From an uncultured Chthoniobacterales bacterium (GTDB taxonomy: Bacteria > Verrucomicrobiota > Verrucomicrobiia > Chthoniobacterales > Terrimicrobiaceae), in contig CAZKHB010000015.1 in assembly GCA_964552635.1 (NCBI GenBank), forward strand, positions 15,619 through 79,618: a stretch of DNA of 64,000 bases. Direction: 5' to 3'. The number at the start of each line of letters is the position of its first letter. Position 1 is the stretch's first letter. The notes under the pieces are model-generated. The model searched no databases. It was given only the letters and a program-made list of their open reading frames with translations, and was not told the DNA's origin. Below, piece by piece: positions 50,743 through 60,489 of this stretch. The translations under genes were made by a program, and so were the position numbers.

Positions 50743-51338
50743 AACGTCTCTGGATTGCGCTCTTTACCCTCGCCACCCTCGGGGTTGCGCGGGCGTCGGA
50801 CATTGCGACGACCCTTCACTTCTCACCCGACCTCGCACGGGAAGCCAACCCTCTGGTGCTGTGGTTTGGGGTGGAACTCAAGAGCCTGCTCGTGGGCAAC
50901 GTCCTGATTGTCCTCTTTCTGCTCGTGGGCCCGCTCGCCATCTACGCCTGCCAAGGGCCCATCCGACTGCACCCAACACCGGCCACGTTGCGGGACCATG
51001 TCTGCCTGCAACTCCACGGCCGGAAACTGCCCTTCCCCCACTTCCTCGGTATGCTGTTGTTCCTTGTTCCGTTTCCTAGAAACTACCTCCAGCTCCTGCG
51101 AGTCATCGGGCTCGCCCTCACATGGGCCGTCATCGCGGGCAGCTTCGCCGCCGTCTTAGCGTGGTGGGCAACCTTCGGCTGGCATTGGGCGGCTTACGAT
51201 CGAGTCCGAACCGCCCTCACGGTCCACAGGGTGCCCCTGCTCGAGACGCTGGCCGGCACGGCAACATTCTGGTTGGTCGCTCTTCTGCACTTTCGCTTCG
51301 AATTCGGGGAGTTGCGCCGGGGACGAGGGGAATCCTGA
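50691..51338 (+). CDS. hypothetical membrane protein
   Basis: Several TM helices (LVLWFGVELKSLLVGNVLIVLFLLVGPLAIYA...). Alternative GTG start at 50739. Confidence 0.4.
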   Translation: MGHRASAPVERLRLSTVKRLWIALFTLATLGVARASDIATTLHFSPDLAREANPLVLWFGVELKSLLVGNVLIVLFLLVGPLAIYACQGPIRLHPTPATLRDHVCLQLHGRKLPFPHFLGMLLFLVPFPRNYLQLLRVIGLALTWAVIAGSFAAVLAWWATFGWHWAAYDRVRTALTVHRVPLLETLAGTATFWLVALLHFRFEFGELRRGRGES

Positions 51339-51444
51339 AGCAAGATTCGATGTGCAAACAGACCACGATACTGTTGTGCAAGTCATCAATTCCCAAGAAG
51401 TCGAGACCCAGCTGCCGCGACGGGGAAGTTGAAGCGCGGTGGGG

Positions 51445-51825
51445 TCATTGCAGCGGGGTGGAACGTTTCACGAGTTGCACCGCCAGCCCCCAGGGATCGC
51501 GCAGCATCACCAGGTGCGACCCGGCGTCCGGAGAGATCTCACTGACGAACACCGCGCCTGCCGCCACCAGACGCTGCGTGTCGGATGCCGGGTCCTTGCT
51601 TGTGAAGGCCAGGTGAAAAACCAGCGGGTCCATGCTGCGATAGTCCGGCACGGCGTCGGGCGGATTGCAGTAGATTTCCAACACTGCGCCGCCGGAGTCA
51701 GCCAGAAAATGCGTCTGGGCGGGTTTCGGTATGTGCCGCGCCACCGTGAGGCCGAGGTGACGGCAATACCAGTCGGCCACCGCCACAGGGTCGGAGACGT
51801 TGAATGCCACGTGTTCGATTTTCAT
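51445..51825 (-). CDS. VOC (glyoxalase/bleomycin-resistance) family protein
   Basis: MKIEHVAFNVSDPVAVADWYCRHLGL...GGAVLEIY is the VOC beta-alpha-beta-beta-beta module. Confidence 0.65.
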   Translation of the reverse strand: MKIEHVAFNVSDPVAVADWYCRHLGLTVARHIPKPAQTHFLADSGGAVLEIYCNPPDAVPDYRSMDPLVFHLAFTSKDPASDTQRLVAAGAVFVSEISPDAGSHLVMLRDPWGLAVQLVKRSTPLQ

Positions 51826-51879
51826 AAGCGTGGGTTTTATTAGGCGGATACTGGATTCCTTTGGGAAACCATGCCATGG

Positions 51880-52036
51880 ACCGGGCGTTGGCCTCCGCCA
51901 TCCTCGCGTGCGAAGCGGGAGTCTGGCGAACTCGGTCTGCCACGTGACATTTCAGACGGGCGGGTTGAAGGACAGAAACCGAGTGATGGCCGGTTGGCCC
52001 CCTTCGCAAACTGCCACCTTCTTCTCGATCCGGTGA
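51880..52036 (+). pseudogene. 3' remnant of a second H-X9-DG prepilin-like gene
   Basis: 51880-52030 is about 75% identical to 50301-50450. Encodes ...SGSLANSVCHVTFQTGGLKD..., where the DG motif is mutated. No N-terminal prepilin part. Confidence 0.45.
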
Positions 52037-52078
52037 TCGCTCCGTGAAGGGAGGAGAGCGCTTTAGCAGACAGACGCT

Positions 52079-53767
52079 TCACGCGAGCCAGAAGCTGAAG
52101 TACAGGTAAATCGCCACGACGAGGCCGATCACCAGCACGCTCAAGATCTTGTTTCCCAGATCCCAACTGGCCCGCAACTCGTCTCCAGCCTCGGCCCGGA
52201 TGGACTGCCACGTGAGGCCCTGCACCCGCTCCAAGGCCGGAGGGGCGGTCGCCATGGAAAAGCCGACAACCACGGCCGCACTCACGAAAAAGAGCAATCC
52301 TGTCGCGTAGAGAAAGTTGAAATCGCCGATGGTGGCCAGGATACTCGGCTCCGGAATCTTCCCGTCGCCGAAGAAAGTCTGGATCGTCAGCTTCAACATT
52401 CCGAGCACGAAGCCGACCCCGAGACCCCACACGGCACCATGGGCGTTGATGCGGCTCCAGAAGAGGCCGAGGAGAAAGACAGCGGCGATGGGAGGCGCAA
52501 GATATCCCTGCACACTTTGTAGATACTGGTAGAGGCCCCCGCCGGATACACGGGCCATCACGGGAATCCAGAGCATGCCCAACACCACCACCACCAAGGT
52601 GGCCAGCCGACCGACCATCACGAGATGCTTCTCGGAGCAACCGGGGCGCATTTTCCCGTACATGTCCACCGTGAAGAGCGTGGCTGCCGAATTGAAGAGC
52701 GAGGCCAACGAACTCATCAGCGCAGCCATGAGGCAGGCCACCACAAGACCGCGGACGCCCGGAGGCAGGAGTGACGTCACAAGAGTCGGAAAAACCTGGT
52801 CCCCGCTGAAGACCATCGTGCCGGCGACTTCGTGGCTCGGGATGGCAATGATGCCTTTCTGGTGCAAGGCGTAGCCGATCATTCCGGGCACGAGGAAGAT
52901 GAAGATGGGCGCGATCTTCAGGAGACCTCCGAAGAGGGCACCCCGCCGCGCCGTCGTCAAATCACGCGCCGCCAGCGTCCGCTGTACGATGTATTGATCG
53001 GTGCACCAATACCAGATGCCGATGATCGGCGAGGCGATCATCACTCCCAGCCAGGGAAACTCGGGGTCCGAGAGCGGTCGCCACAGCGAGAACTGCGCCG
53101 CGTCCGCTTTGAGGACGGCTTGCAGTTCGCCCCAACCTCCGAGCGCCTGGAGCCCGAAGAACGTGATCAGCGACGACCCGAGAATGAAGATGACCGTCTG
53201 CATGGTCTCGGTGTAGACCACGGCCCGCATCCCACCGAAAACGGTGTAGATCCCCGTCACCACGACCGTACTCACTGCACCGACCCAGAATGCCGCCTGC
53301 GGCGAGCCGAAAGTGTCCGGAAGGAGCGTCTGAAACACCAGTGCTCCGGCGTAAACGGTGACGCTGACCTTTGTCAGCACGTAGGCGGTGAGCGAGACGA
53401 GCGACAAGATCCAACGTGCGCGTCCGTCAAAGCGCTTCTCGAGGAACTCCGGCACGGTGAACACCCCGGAGCGGTAGTAGAACGGGACGAAAAAATAGGC
53501 GAGAAGGACCATGATCCATGCGTGCAACTCCCAGTGGGCCATTGCCATGCCCGATGTTGCCCCCTGCCCGGCGAGTCCCACGATGTGCTCGGAGCCGACA
53601 TTCGATGCCAGCAGAGAGCACCCCACGGCGAAGAACCCGACGTTGCGCCCCGCGAGAAAATAGTCCTTCCGGTTCTCCTGGTTCCGTGACGACTTCCACG
53701 CGATGAACGCGATGAGGCCGAAGTATCCGCAAATGACCGACCAGTCGAGAAGGGTGAGGTTTTGCAT
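52079..53767 (-). CDS. sodium:solute symporter (SSF/SGLT family)
   Basis: 562 aa, about 13-14 TM helices; YFLAGRNVGFFAVGCSLLASNVGSEHIVGLAGQG is the SSF signature region. Confidence 0.8.
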   Translation of the reverse strand: MQNLTLLDWSVICGYFGLIAFIAWKSSRNQENRKDYFLAGRNVGFFAVGCSLLASNVGSEHIVGLAGQGATSGMAMAHWELHAWIMVLLAYFFVPFYYRSGVFTVPEFLEKRFDGRARWILSLVSLTAYVLTKVSVTVYAGALVFQTLLPDTFGSPQAAFWVGAVSTVVVTGIYTVFGGMRAVVYTETMQTVIFILGSSLITFFGLQALGGWGELQAVLKADAAQFSLWRPLSDPEFPWLGVMIASPIIGIWYWCTDQYIVQRTLAARDLTTARRGALFGGLLKIAPIFIFLVPGMIGYALHQKGIIAIPSHEVAGTMVFSGDQVFPTLVTSLLPPGVRGLVVACLMAALMSSLASLFNSAATLFTVDMYGKMRPGCSEKHLVMVGRLATLVVVVLGMLWIPVMARVSGGGLYQYLQSVQGYLAPPIAAVFLLGLFWSRINAHGAVWGLGVGFVLGMLKLTIQTFFGDGKIPEPSILATIGDFNFLYATGLLFFVSAAVVVGFSMATAPPALERVQGLTWQSIRAEAGDELRASWDLGNKILSVLVIGLVVAIYLYFSFWLA

Positions 53768-53792
53768 GGTTCGGGGGTTGCTGTCCGTCCGT

Positions 53793-56084
53793 TTACTTCA
53801 CCACGAACTTTGCTTCCAGCGGAAGATCGGCGGCACTCGTGCCGGCGCGCACAGTGAAAGAGCCCGGCTCGATCACGCGCTCCATGCGGTCATTCCAGAT
53901 CCGCAACTCCGCTGCGGGAATCGAGAGCACGACGGTCTCGGTTTCACCCGGCGGGACGGTGACGCGGCGGAAGGCCTTGAGGCGGAGCTTCGGCTGCACC
54001 ACGGAAGAGACGTCATCGCGGAGGTAAATCTGGACGACTTCGTCGCCTCCGACAGAGCCGGTATTGGTCACATCCACGGAGACCTTGACCTCTCCTGCGC
54101 CCTTCTGTGTGACGTCGGAGGCGAGCTTGAGATTTGACAAGCGGAATGTCGTGTAGCTGAGGCCGAAGCCGAACGGGAACTGGGGCTTTGCATCGTCGTC
54201 CCAATACCGACCGCTGCGGCCTGAGGGCGCCTCGCTGTAGACGAGGGGGACTTGGTTCACCGAACGCGGGAAAGTCATTGGCAACTTCCCGCCGGGATTC
54301 ACATCGCCGAAGAGAACGTCTGCGATTGCGAGTCCTCCCTGCTCACCGAGATATCCCATTTGCACCACGGCGGCCACCTTGGGGAGCCACTTTTGCATCG
54401 TCACCGGGGCACCGGTCACAAGCACAACGACGACCGGTTTGCCGGTGGCAGCGAGTTGGAGGATCGTGGCCTGCTGATCGCCCGCCTTCACCTCGCTTTC
54501 GGCTTGTTCGACGAGGATCGTGTGCTCGGACTCAATCGCCTTCGGCTTTTTGGCTCCTGTGAATACCGGCAGGTCGAGGTTGGCGCGGTCGGAGCCTTCG
54601 CCTTCGGCGATCGTCGCAAAGAAGACGATGACATCCTGGGCGTTCGCCCAAGTCGTGAGATCGCCAGTTCCATCGAAGAGGGATAGACGGCCTTCTTTGC
54701 CGACGCGCTCCTGCAATCCCCGCCACGGTGGAACATCCGTCGGGAGAGTGTAGCGTCCGTAGCCGCCGGCGAAGAACGTGGCGGCCGCCGGGCCGGCCAC
54801 GCCGATGCGGGCGGACTTCGAGAGGGGGAGGATGTTTTTCTCGTTCTTGAGAAGAACGATCGACTTGCGCGCCGCCTCGAGGGCGAGGGTGACATGCTCG
54901 GGTGAACGCACCACCTTCGCCGCGACCGCCGGATCGGCATAGGGCTCGTCAAAAAGACCCGCCAGAAATTTGACTCTCAACACGCGTTCGACCGCGCCGT
55001 CCAGATCCTGCATGGGAAGAGCACCGGTGCGGACGGCTTCCGGAAGGTGCTCCATTCCGTTCGGCAGCGAGACGTCCACGCCCGACCGGACGACGCGAGC
55101 GGCGCCCTCGACAGGATTCGCCGTGATGCGGTGCAGGTGGGTGAGGCCCTTGCCATGGTCTCCGTAATCGGACGTCACGATACCTTGGAAGCCCCACTCC
55201 CCACGCAAGACGTCGTTGAGGAGGTGGCTGTTCGCATGCATGGGGATCCCGTTCACGGAATTGTAGGAAGGCATCAATCCGAGGGAGCCTCCTTCCACGA
55301 TCGCCGCCTCGAACGGCGCGAGCCAGTATTCCCGAAGTTCGCGGTCGGAGAAATAGACTGAGGCACTGTCGCGACCTCCGTCGCCGTAGTTGGCCACGAA
55401 GTGTTTCGTCGACGTGACGACTCCGCGCTCGCTGAACGGCCGGGCCGCAGCGACCGCCATCCGCGACGTCAGGAAGACATCCTCGCCGAATGTCTCCTCG
55501 GTGCGCCCCCAGCGGGGATCCCGGACGAGATTCGGCACGGGCGGGCTGAGAAGATGACGGATGTTCATCGCTTTTGCTTCATCCGCGATGGCGGCGTACA
55601 CGCGCCCTGCCAAGTCGAGATCGAATGCACCGGCCAGAGCGAACGATGTTGGGAAAAGCGATGCGGGGACCGTCGTCACTCCATGGTGACCCTCGGTGTG
55701 GATGAAGACGGGGATGCCGAGGCGGTGACCCTCGATCGTCTGCTTCATTTCCGCGTTGTTCTGGACTGCGATTTGATCGGCTTCGCCCGGTTTCGCCCGC
55801 GCGTAGTTCACGATGAACCCGACGTTCGGATCACGCGGTTGCTGCTTCTCATCCAACTTCGTTTTGTCGTTGATGAACTGGCTCTGAAGCTGGCCGATCT
55901 TCTCCTCCACGGTCATTCGCGAAAGGAGATCCTTGACCCGCGCTTCCACGGGAAGACGCGAGTCCCGATAGGCAGGCTGCATCTCTTCGGCGACAAGCGC
56001 GGAAACCGAAGCTGCCGCAAGGCATGCGATCAAGGGAACGCTCAGCAATCCCGCGAGGGGGATTCCCGGGGAGGTGTTTTTCAT
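53793..56084 (-). CDS. glycoside hydrolase family 3 (beta-glucosidase-like), secreted
   Basis: KHFVANYGDGGRDS and GFQGIVTSDYG are GH3 catalytic regions; C-terminal FN3-like domain. Confidence 0.85.
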   Translation of the reverse strand: MKNTSPGIPLAGLLSVPLIACLAAASVSALVAEEMQPAYRDSRLPVEARVKDLLSRMTVEEKIGQLQSQFINDKTKLDEKQQPRDPNVGFIVNYARAKPGEADQIAVQNNAEMKQTIEGHRLGIPVFIHTEGHHGVTTVPASLFPTSFALAGAFDLDLAGRVYAAIADEAKAMNIRHLLSPPVPNLVRDPRWGRTEETFGEDVFLTSRMAVAAARPFSERGVVTSTKHFVANYGDGGRDSASVYFSDRELREYWLAPFEAAIVEGGSLGLMPSYNSVNGIPMHANSHLLNDVLRGEWGFQGIVTSDYGDHGKGLTHLHRITANPVEGAARVVRSGVDVSLPNGMEHLPEAVRTGALPMQDLDGAVERVLRVKFLAGLFDEPYADPAVAAKVVRSPEHVTLALEAARKSIVLLKNEKNILPLSKSARIGVAGPAAATFFAGGYGRYTLPTDVPPWRGLQERVGKEGRLSLFDGTGDLTTWANAQDVIVFFATIAEGEGSDRANLDLPVFTGAKKPKAIESEHTILVEQAESEVKAGDQQATILQLAATGKPVVVVLVTGAPVTMQKWLPKVAAVVQMGYLGEQGGLAIADVLFGDVNPGGKLPMTFPRSVNQVPLVYSEAPSGRSGRYWDDDAKPQFPFGFGLSYTTFRLSNLKLASDVTQKGAGEVKVSVDVTNTGSVGGDEVVQIYLRDDVSSVVQPKLRLKAFRRVTVPPGETETVVLSIPAAELRIWNDRMERVIEPGSFTVRAGTSAADLPLEAKFVVK

Positions 56085-56118
56085 GAAGCGACGAGATGTT
56101 GCGGATTGGAGTCCGCCA

Positions 56119-56895
56119 TCATGGCGCCACGACCAAGAGAAGGACGCCGCCGGATTTCTTCAGCGAAAAGCGGCCATTGTCCACGACATCGCGTTCGTGG
56201 AGCGTGACGAGTTCGGGCATTGGCCCCTCGATTCCTCCCTTCGTGCGGATGAGTTGATATTCGCCTTCGGGAAATGTTTCCGCCTCGACGATGGCATCGG
56301 CCCCGAAGCGGAGTTGGATCTTGGCCCCGGGCTGGACCTCAAGTTTTCCTTCGAGGTCAACCGGTTCCGGTCGGCCGGCCAGAATCCGCTGCGTAGCGGC
56401 CTTGTCATGGATTCGGAAAGCCATCGTCCCGTTCGGTGAAAGCACGAGTGTGCCACCATCAACGATCGATTCCGAGTAAAGCAACTCCAAGGCCGCGGTG
56501 TTCGACGACCCGCCACTTCCCAAAACAGCCGTGCCACCCCAAGTGAGTTTTCCCCTTTGCGGACCAAGTGTGCCGACTTCGACAAAGACATCCTCTGCGA
56601 CATTCATCGATGCCATTTGAAAGTACAGCGCCGGGGAGACCGTGCGACCGCTTGTGGTGTCCACGACGAGCTTCAGATTGGCACACTCGTAGGTTTGCTT
56701 GTCGGGCGGTGCAATGGCCATTTTTCCGCGGATGACGAGATCGGTGCTCTCATCCAGCGTGCCACCCGATGCCTCGAGGAGCGAAGCGAAGTTGCCCACT
56801 TCCGGACCGTCCATCGTCCCGGAAAGGGTGAGTTCAGAAGCCGCGGCCGTGGACAAAAGCGCCGCGGCGCATAGCAGGGAGGGCAGGTATTTCAT
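56119..56895 (-). CDS. hypothetical secreted protein (tandem paralog 1)
   Basis: Signal peptide MKYLPSLLCAAALLSTAAAS. Paralogous to the next gene (MAFRIHDKAATQRILAGRPEPV against LTFRIFRGLNAQKLAAGNAEPV). Confidence 0.5.
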   Translation of the reverse strand: MKYLPSLLCAAALLSTAAASELTLSGTMDGPEVGNFASLLEASGGTLDESTDLVIRGKMAIAPPDKQTYECANLKLVVDTTSGRTVSPALYFQMASMNVAEDVFVEVGTLGPQRGKLTWGGTAVLGSGGSSNTAALELLYSESIVDGGTLVLSPNGTMAFRIHDKAATQRILAGRPEPVDLEGKLEVQPGAKIQLRFGADAIVEAETFPEGEYQLIRTKGGIEGPMPELVTLHERDVVDNGRFSLKKSGGVLLLVVAP

Positions 56896-56910
56896 AGAAG
56901 TCTTGGGCGT

Positions 56911-57669
56911 TCACTCGGCCACATTCAAGAGCAACTCCCCACCGCGGATCTCCAAGGAATACCGCGTGTTGGGTTCTTCGCTCTCACCCCGCTTGAGACG
57001 AAGTGAGGGAAGCGTTCCGTCAATCGAGGCTGCGGTAATGAGCGGATACGAACCGGGTGGCAGGTCCGCGAGTTCCGACACAGCCATCGGATCGAAGACC
57101 AGCGTCACGATCACGTCCGTGCCCAACGAGAGAGCGCCCGTCAGTCGGACGGGCTCCGCATTCCCGGCCGCCAGTTTCTGGGCATTCAGGCCCCGGAAGA
57201 TTCGGAAGGTGAGATCCGAAGCGCTGCCGATGGACCACGCGTCGCCCTCTGCACGGGAATCGCCCAAGACATATTCAAAGGCCCCGATGCGGCGCCCCGT
57301 GGGGTCCGGCTCCAATACGGCGTTCCCGCTCCACTGGAGACGACCGCTCTGGACGGCAAGCAATCCTCCCTGCACCAAGATGTCCCCGTTCACCACTAAA
57401 GCCAGACGGTCCATGTAAAACGCCGAGGGTTTTCCTTCCGCACTGCGCAGAACCAAGCCCGCAAGCGTCAGGTTTGTGGTCTCATCCGCAATCACTTTCC
57501 CCTCAAGCACCAGCGTATCCTGCTCGGAAAGCGTTTTTCCCTCGAGTGCCAGCATTTGCTCCATCGTACCCACCTCGCCATCCAACCCAGGCCAGTGCAA
57601 GAGCACCTCCGCCCGGGCAAAATATGCGAGAAGGAACAGAAGCGAGGCGGCAAAAAGGGTCGGTTTCAT
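56911..57669 (-). CDS. hypothetical secreted protein (tandem paralog 2)
   Basis: Signal peptide MKPTLFAASLLFLLAYFARA; same length and architecture as paralog 1. Confidence 0.5.
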   Translation of the reverse strand: MKPTLFAASLLFLLAYFARAEVLLHWPGLDGEVGTMEQMLALEGKTLSEQDTLVLEGKVIADETTNLTLAGLVLRSAEGKPSAFYMDRLALVVNGDILVQGGLLAVQSGRLQWSGNAVLEPDPTGRRIGAFEYVLGDSRAEGDAWSIGSASDLTFRIFRGLNAQKLAAGNAEPVRLTGALSLGTDVIVTLVFDPMAVSELADLPPGSYPLITAASIDGTLPSLRLKRGESEEPNTRYSLEIRGGELLLNVAE

Positions 57670-57716
57670 GGAGGGAAGGGGTAAAATCCTCCCTTAATTC
57701 ACAACACTATGCAATA

Positions 57717-60485
57717 TTAATCTTCGAGAGGCCGCCTCTCGGCCAGAAGATCGAGGCGGATTTCGAGGCCCTCGGGCGGTTCGACCGTGATGTGGCACTC
57801 CGCAGGATGACGGACGCCCAGTGCGAGGATGTCGTCTGCAAGCGACCACTCGACGTCGATCGGTCCATGCGGAGTGGCGACGCGCCCGCGCGCCCAAGAG
57901 AGGCCATGGGGTTGAGGGCGAATGACGAACGAGCGGCTTCCCGGTCCGACAGGCCGCACACCGAGGAGGATACGAGGCAGGAAGTCCATCGGACACGCGG
58001 ACCAGCCATGGCAATGGCTGCGCGTCGGGAATCCGGCCGGGCTGGTACGGGAGCCGGGCAGAGCCTCCCACAGCGTGGTGCCGACTTTTGTCATCGGCGC
58101 GAAGTATTTCCGGATGAGCGCGAGGATCTCGGCTTCGCGGCCATGTTTCTCCAAGGCCTCGCAGTAGAATTGGAGGGCGAACGGCGAGGCAAGGCCTTCG
58201 AGGGAAGCGTCGGTGGCGATCCGGTCGAGCAAGGTTCGGCTGCGCTCCGCATTCGCAGCCCCGTAGAGTGCTGCCAAGAATTGCGGATGAATGCTGAAGC
58301 GTGAGCTCAGCGAACCATCGCGGTGGACGCTCTCCGCGTAGAGTCCGTCGCTCCAGAGGGAGTTGATTCCATGGACGAGGCGTTGCTCGAGAGAGGCCAG
58401 CCAGCCGCGCATCTCGGGGTCGCCGATCACGGCTTCGATCTTCCGCGCGGCCTGCACGGCTCCGAGGAGGAACTGCGTCACGTAGAGAACCGTGCGCTGC
58501 TCGTTGTCGACATGAGCCCACTCGAAGAGATTCCACCACGGTGCCTCAAGGAGTCCTCTTTCGTTAAGTTGGTAGGCTGCGGCCCGGAGCGTTTTCTTCG
58601 CGGCAGGCCACATCTCGCGGAGGACGTCTTCCTCTGCGCAGTAGTCGTAGTAATCCCACACCGAGACGACCCAGAGGAAACTCCAGACCGGCAAGATGTT
58701 TTCCCAACAGCTCGGCACCTGCGAGAGCACCATCGGGGCGCGGGAGGCGGACTCTGCGGCGAGTCGCATGCTGCGAAGCGAGATGTCGCGGGCGTCGTAA
58801 GTGCGGAGGGCATAGAGTTGCTGGACGCGCGCATCGCCGACCCAAAGCGTCTGCTCGTAGAGCGAATCGATGAAGACGTCGTCCATCGAAAGCTGCATCG
58901 TCCGGTGGGCAGCGGCCCAGATGTCCGTGAGCTCCGGATCGCTGCACGCGAACGGCACCGGAGCCTCGGCAGGGTAGCGGGATTCGATGACGGCAAGTCT
59001 GGCGATGTGGACCGGGCGCGTGGCCCCCCGGATGGTCAGAAACACGTGGCGGCCCGAGCGGCGCTGGCGGGCGAGGAATTCCTGGCGGCCCTCGCGGGCG
59101 ATGTAGCGAAGGCCATTCCGGTTGCCGGTCGTATGCTGGATCGTGCCGTCCTCACGGAGAAACTCGACAAGCGCAAGGTCGACGATTGTTCCCTCGGGCG
59201 CGTCGATCTCGAAGGTCTGGAAGCCCGCGATCTGGTCGCCGAGGTCGAAGTGCAGCTCGATATCGTATCCGGGAGCAAAGGGCACCATCCATTCGCCGGA
59301 TCCTCCCGCGATCTCAAGAGGCCCGACCGGTTGCCGCGCACGAAAATCTCCGTCCGGATCGCAGGTAAAAAGCGTCTCGTGCGGAAGCGCGAGGGCCTCG
59401 GCATTCAGCCACTGCCCGAACGTCTCTGCCTCGGATCCCGCAGCAATCCAGCGTTCCTTGTGCTCCTTCCAGCGAGTTTCCAGCTCGTCGTAATACGCGG
59501 ACGGATGCCCGAACCAATAACGGTCGTCGCCTTGGAAGCGAATGTCCTCGGGCGCAAGCAATCGCCAGGTCGGTGAGTCCGAGCCATCCGGTGCCGTGAG
59601 GCCAGCCGGCGGACCGAATGCGATATCCACGCGGTCATCAAAGAGCCGCGCATAGACGGCCACGATCCGGCACGGCCCAGCCGACGGATTCCATGTAACG
59701 GGATCGATTTTTTCACCGTTCACATGGACTTCCCAGTCTTCGCCAACAAACCAGGGGTGGGGTCCAGCCACCGTCACAACGGCCTCGGCCGCGAGGGCGA
59801 ACCCGCGCGTCATGTGGCTCGCCTGCGAGAAGACATCGGGATACAGCGTGCGGAGCGTGGTGAAGTTCCACACCGGAGCCCGGGGCTCAAGCTTCGTGGC
59901 ACGAGGCGGAGTCTCGACGGGAACGACCTGTCGCTGCGGGAAACACACATCGCGCCACCGGTCGAGCGTCCACGGCACGGGGCCCTTCAGCCGTCGGGCC
60001 GCACGCCAGTTCCGCAAACCGGCAAGCCGGGCGTCGTAGATCTCGAACTGCGCAAGCTGCACGCAGATGCGCGGGGCGTTTGCCACATACTCGGGAGCGT
60101 CGGAGACCTCCCAGTCCGCATCCGTCGTCCACACGGGGTCCCCGTCTTCCCGCAGCAACGCAGCGAGTCCACCGCGTTGCGGAATCACATGGAAATTCCC
60201 GCAGCCGAAAAAGTGGACAAGGACAAGGACTTCGTTTTCGCCCACGCGGAGGTGGGGGGTGATGTCGAGGTCGTCGGCGAGATACTTCTCCGGCCAACCA
60301 CGCGCGGGACCATCGGCCACCCACGTGCCATTCACCCAGAGCCGGTAACGCGTGTCCGCCGTAATTGCGAGGCGCGAAGTGCCTCCCCGCGGGGTCCAAC
60401 GTTTCCTGAACCAACGCGAAGCATTGTAGGCCCGCGGCGGCGAGTCGTCCCAGATCCAACAGGAGTTCAACTCGGAGGGGTGCAT
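57717..60485 (-). CDS. glycoside hydrolase family 78-like (alpha-L-rhamnosidase)
   Basis: 922 aa. N-terminal RYRLWVNGTWVADGP (rhamnosidase N-domain) and a central (alpha/alpha)6 region ...SLYEQTLWVGDARVQ... Confidence 0.65.
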   Translation of the reverse strand: MHPSELNSCWIWDDSPPRAYNASRWFRKRWTPRGGTSRLAITADTRYRLWVNGTWVADGPARGWPEKYLADDLDITPHLRVGENEVLVLVHFFGCGNFHVIPQRGGLAALLREDGDPVWTTDADWEVSDAPEYVANAPRICVQLAQFEIYDARLAGLRNWRAARRLKGPVPWTLDRWRDVCFPQRQVVPVETPPRATKLEPRAPVWNFTTLRTLYPDVFSQASHMTRGFALAAEAVVTVAGPHPWFVGEDWEVHVNGEKIDPVTWNPSAGPCRIVAVYARLFDDRVDIAFGPPAGLTAPDGSDSPTWRLLAPEDIRFQGDDRYWFGHPSAYYDELETRWKEHKERWIAAGSEAETFGQWLNAEALALPHETLFTCDPDGDFRARQPVGPLEIAGGSGEWMVPFAPGYDIELHFDLGDQIAGFQTFEIDAPEGTIVDLALVEFLREDGTIQHTTGNRNGLRYIAREGRQEFLARQRRSGRHVFLTIRGATRPVHIARLAVIESRYPAEAPVPFACSDPELTDIWAAAHRTMQLSMDDVFIDSLYEQTLWVGDARVQQLYALRTYDARDISLRSMRLAAESASRAPMVLSQVPSCWENILPVWSFLWVVSVWDYYDYCAEEDVLREMWPAAKKTLRAAAYQLNERGLLEAPWWNLFEWAHVDNEQRTVLYVTQFLLGAVQAARKIEAVIGDPEMRGWLASLEQRLVHGINSLWSDGLYAESVHRDGSLSSRFSIHPQFLAALYGAANAERSRTLLDRIATDASLEGLASPFALQFYCEALEKHGREAEILALIRKYFAPMTKVGTTLWEALPGSRTSPAGFPTRSHCHGWSACPMDFLPRILLGVRPVGPGSRSFVIRPQPHGLSWARGRVATPHGPIDVEWSLADDILALGVRHPAECHITVEPPEGLEIRLDLLAERRPLED

Positions 60486-60489
60486 GAGC

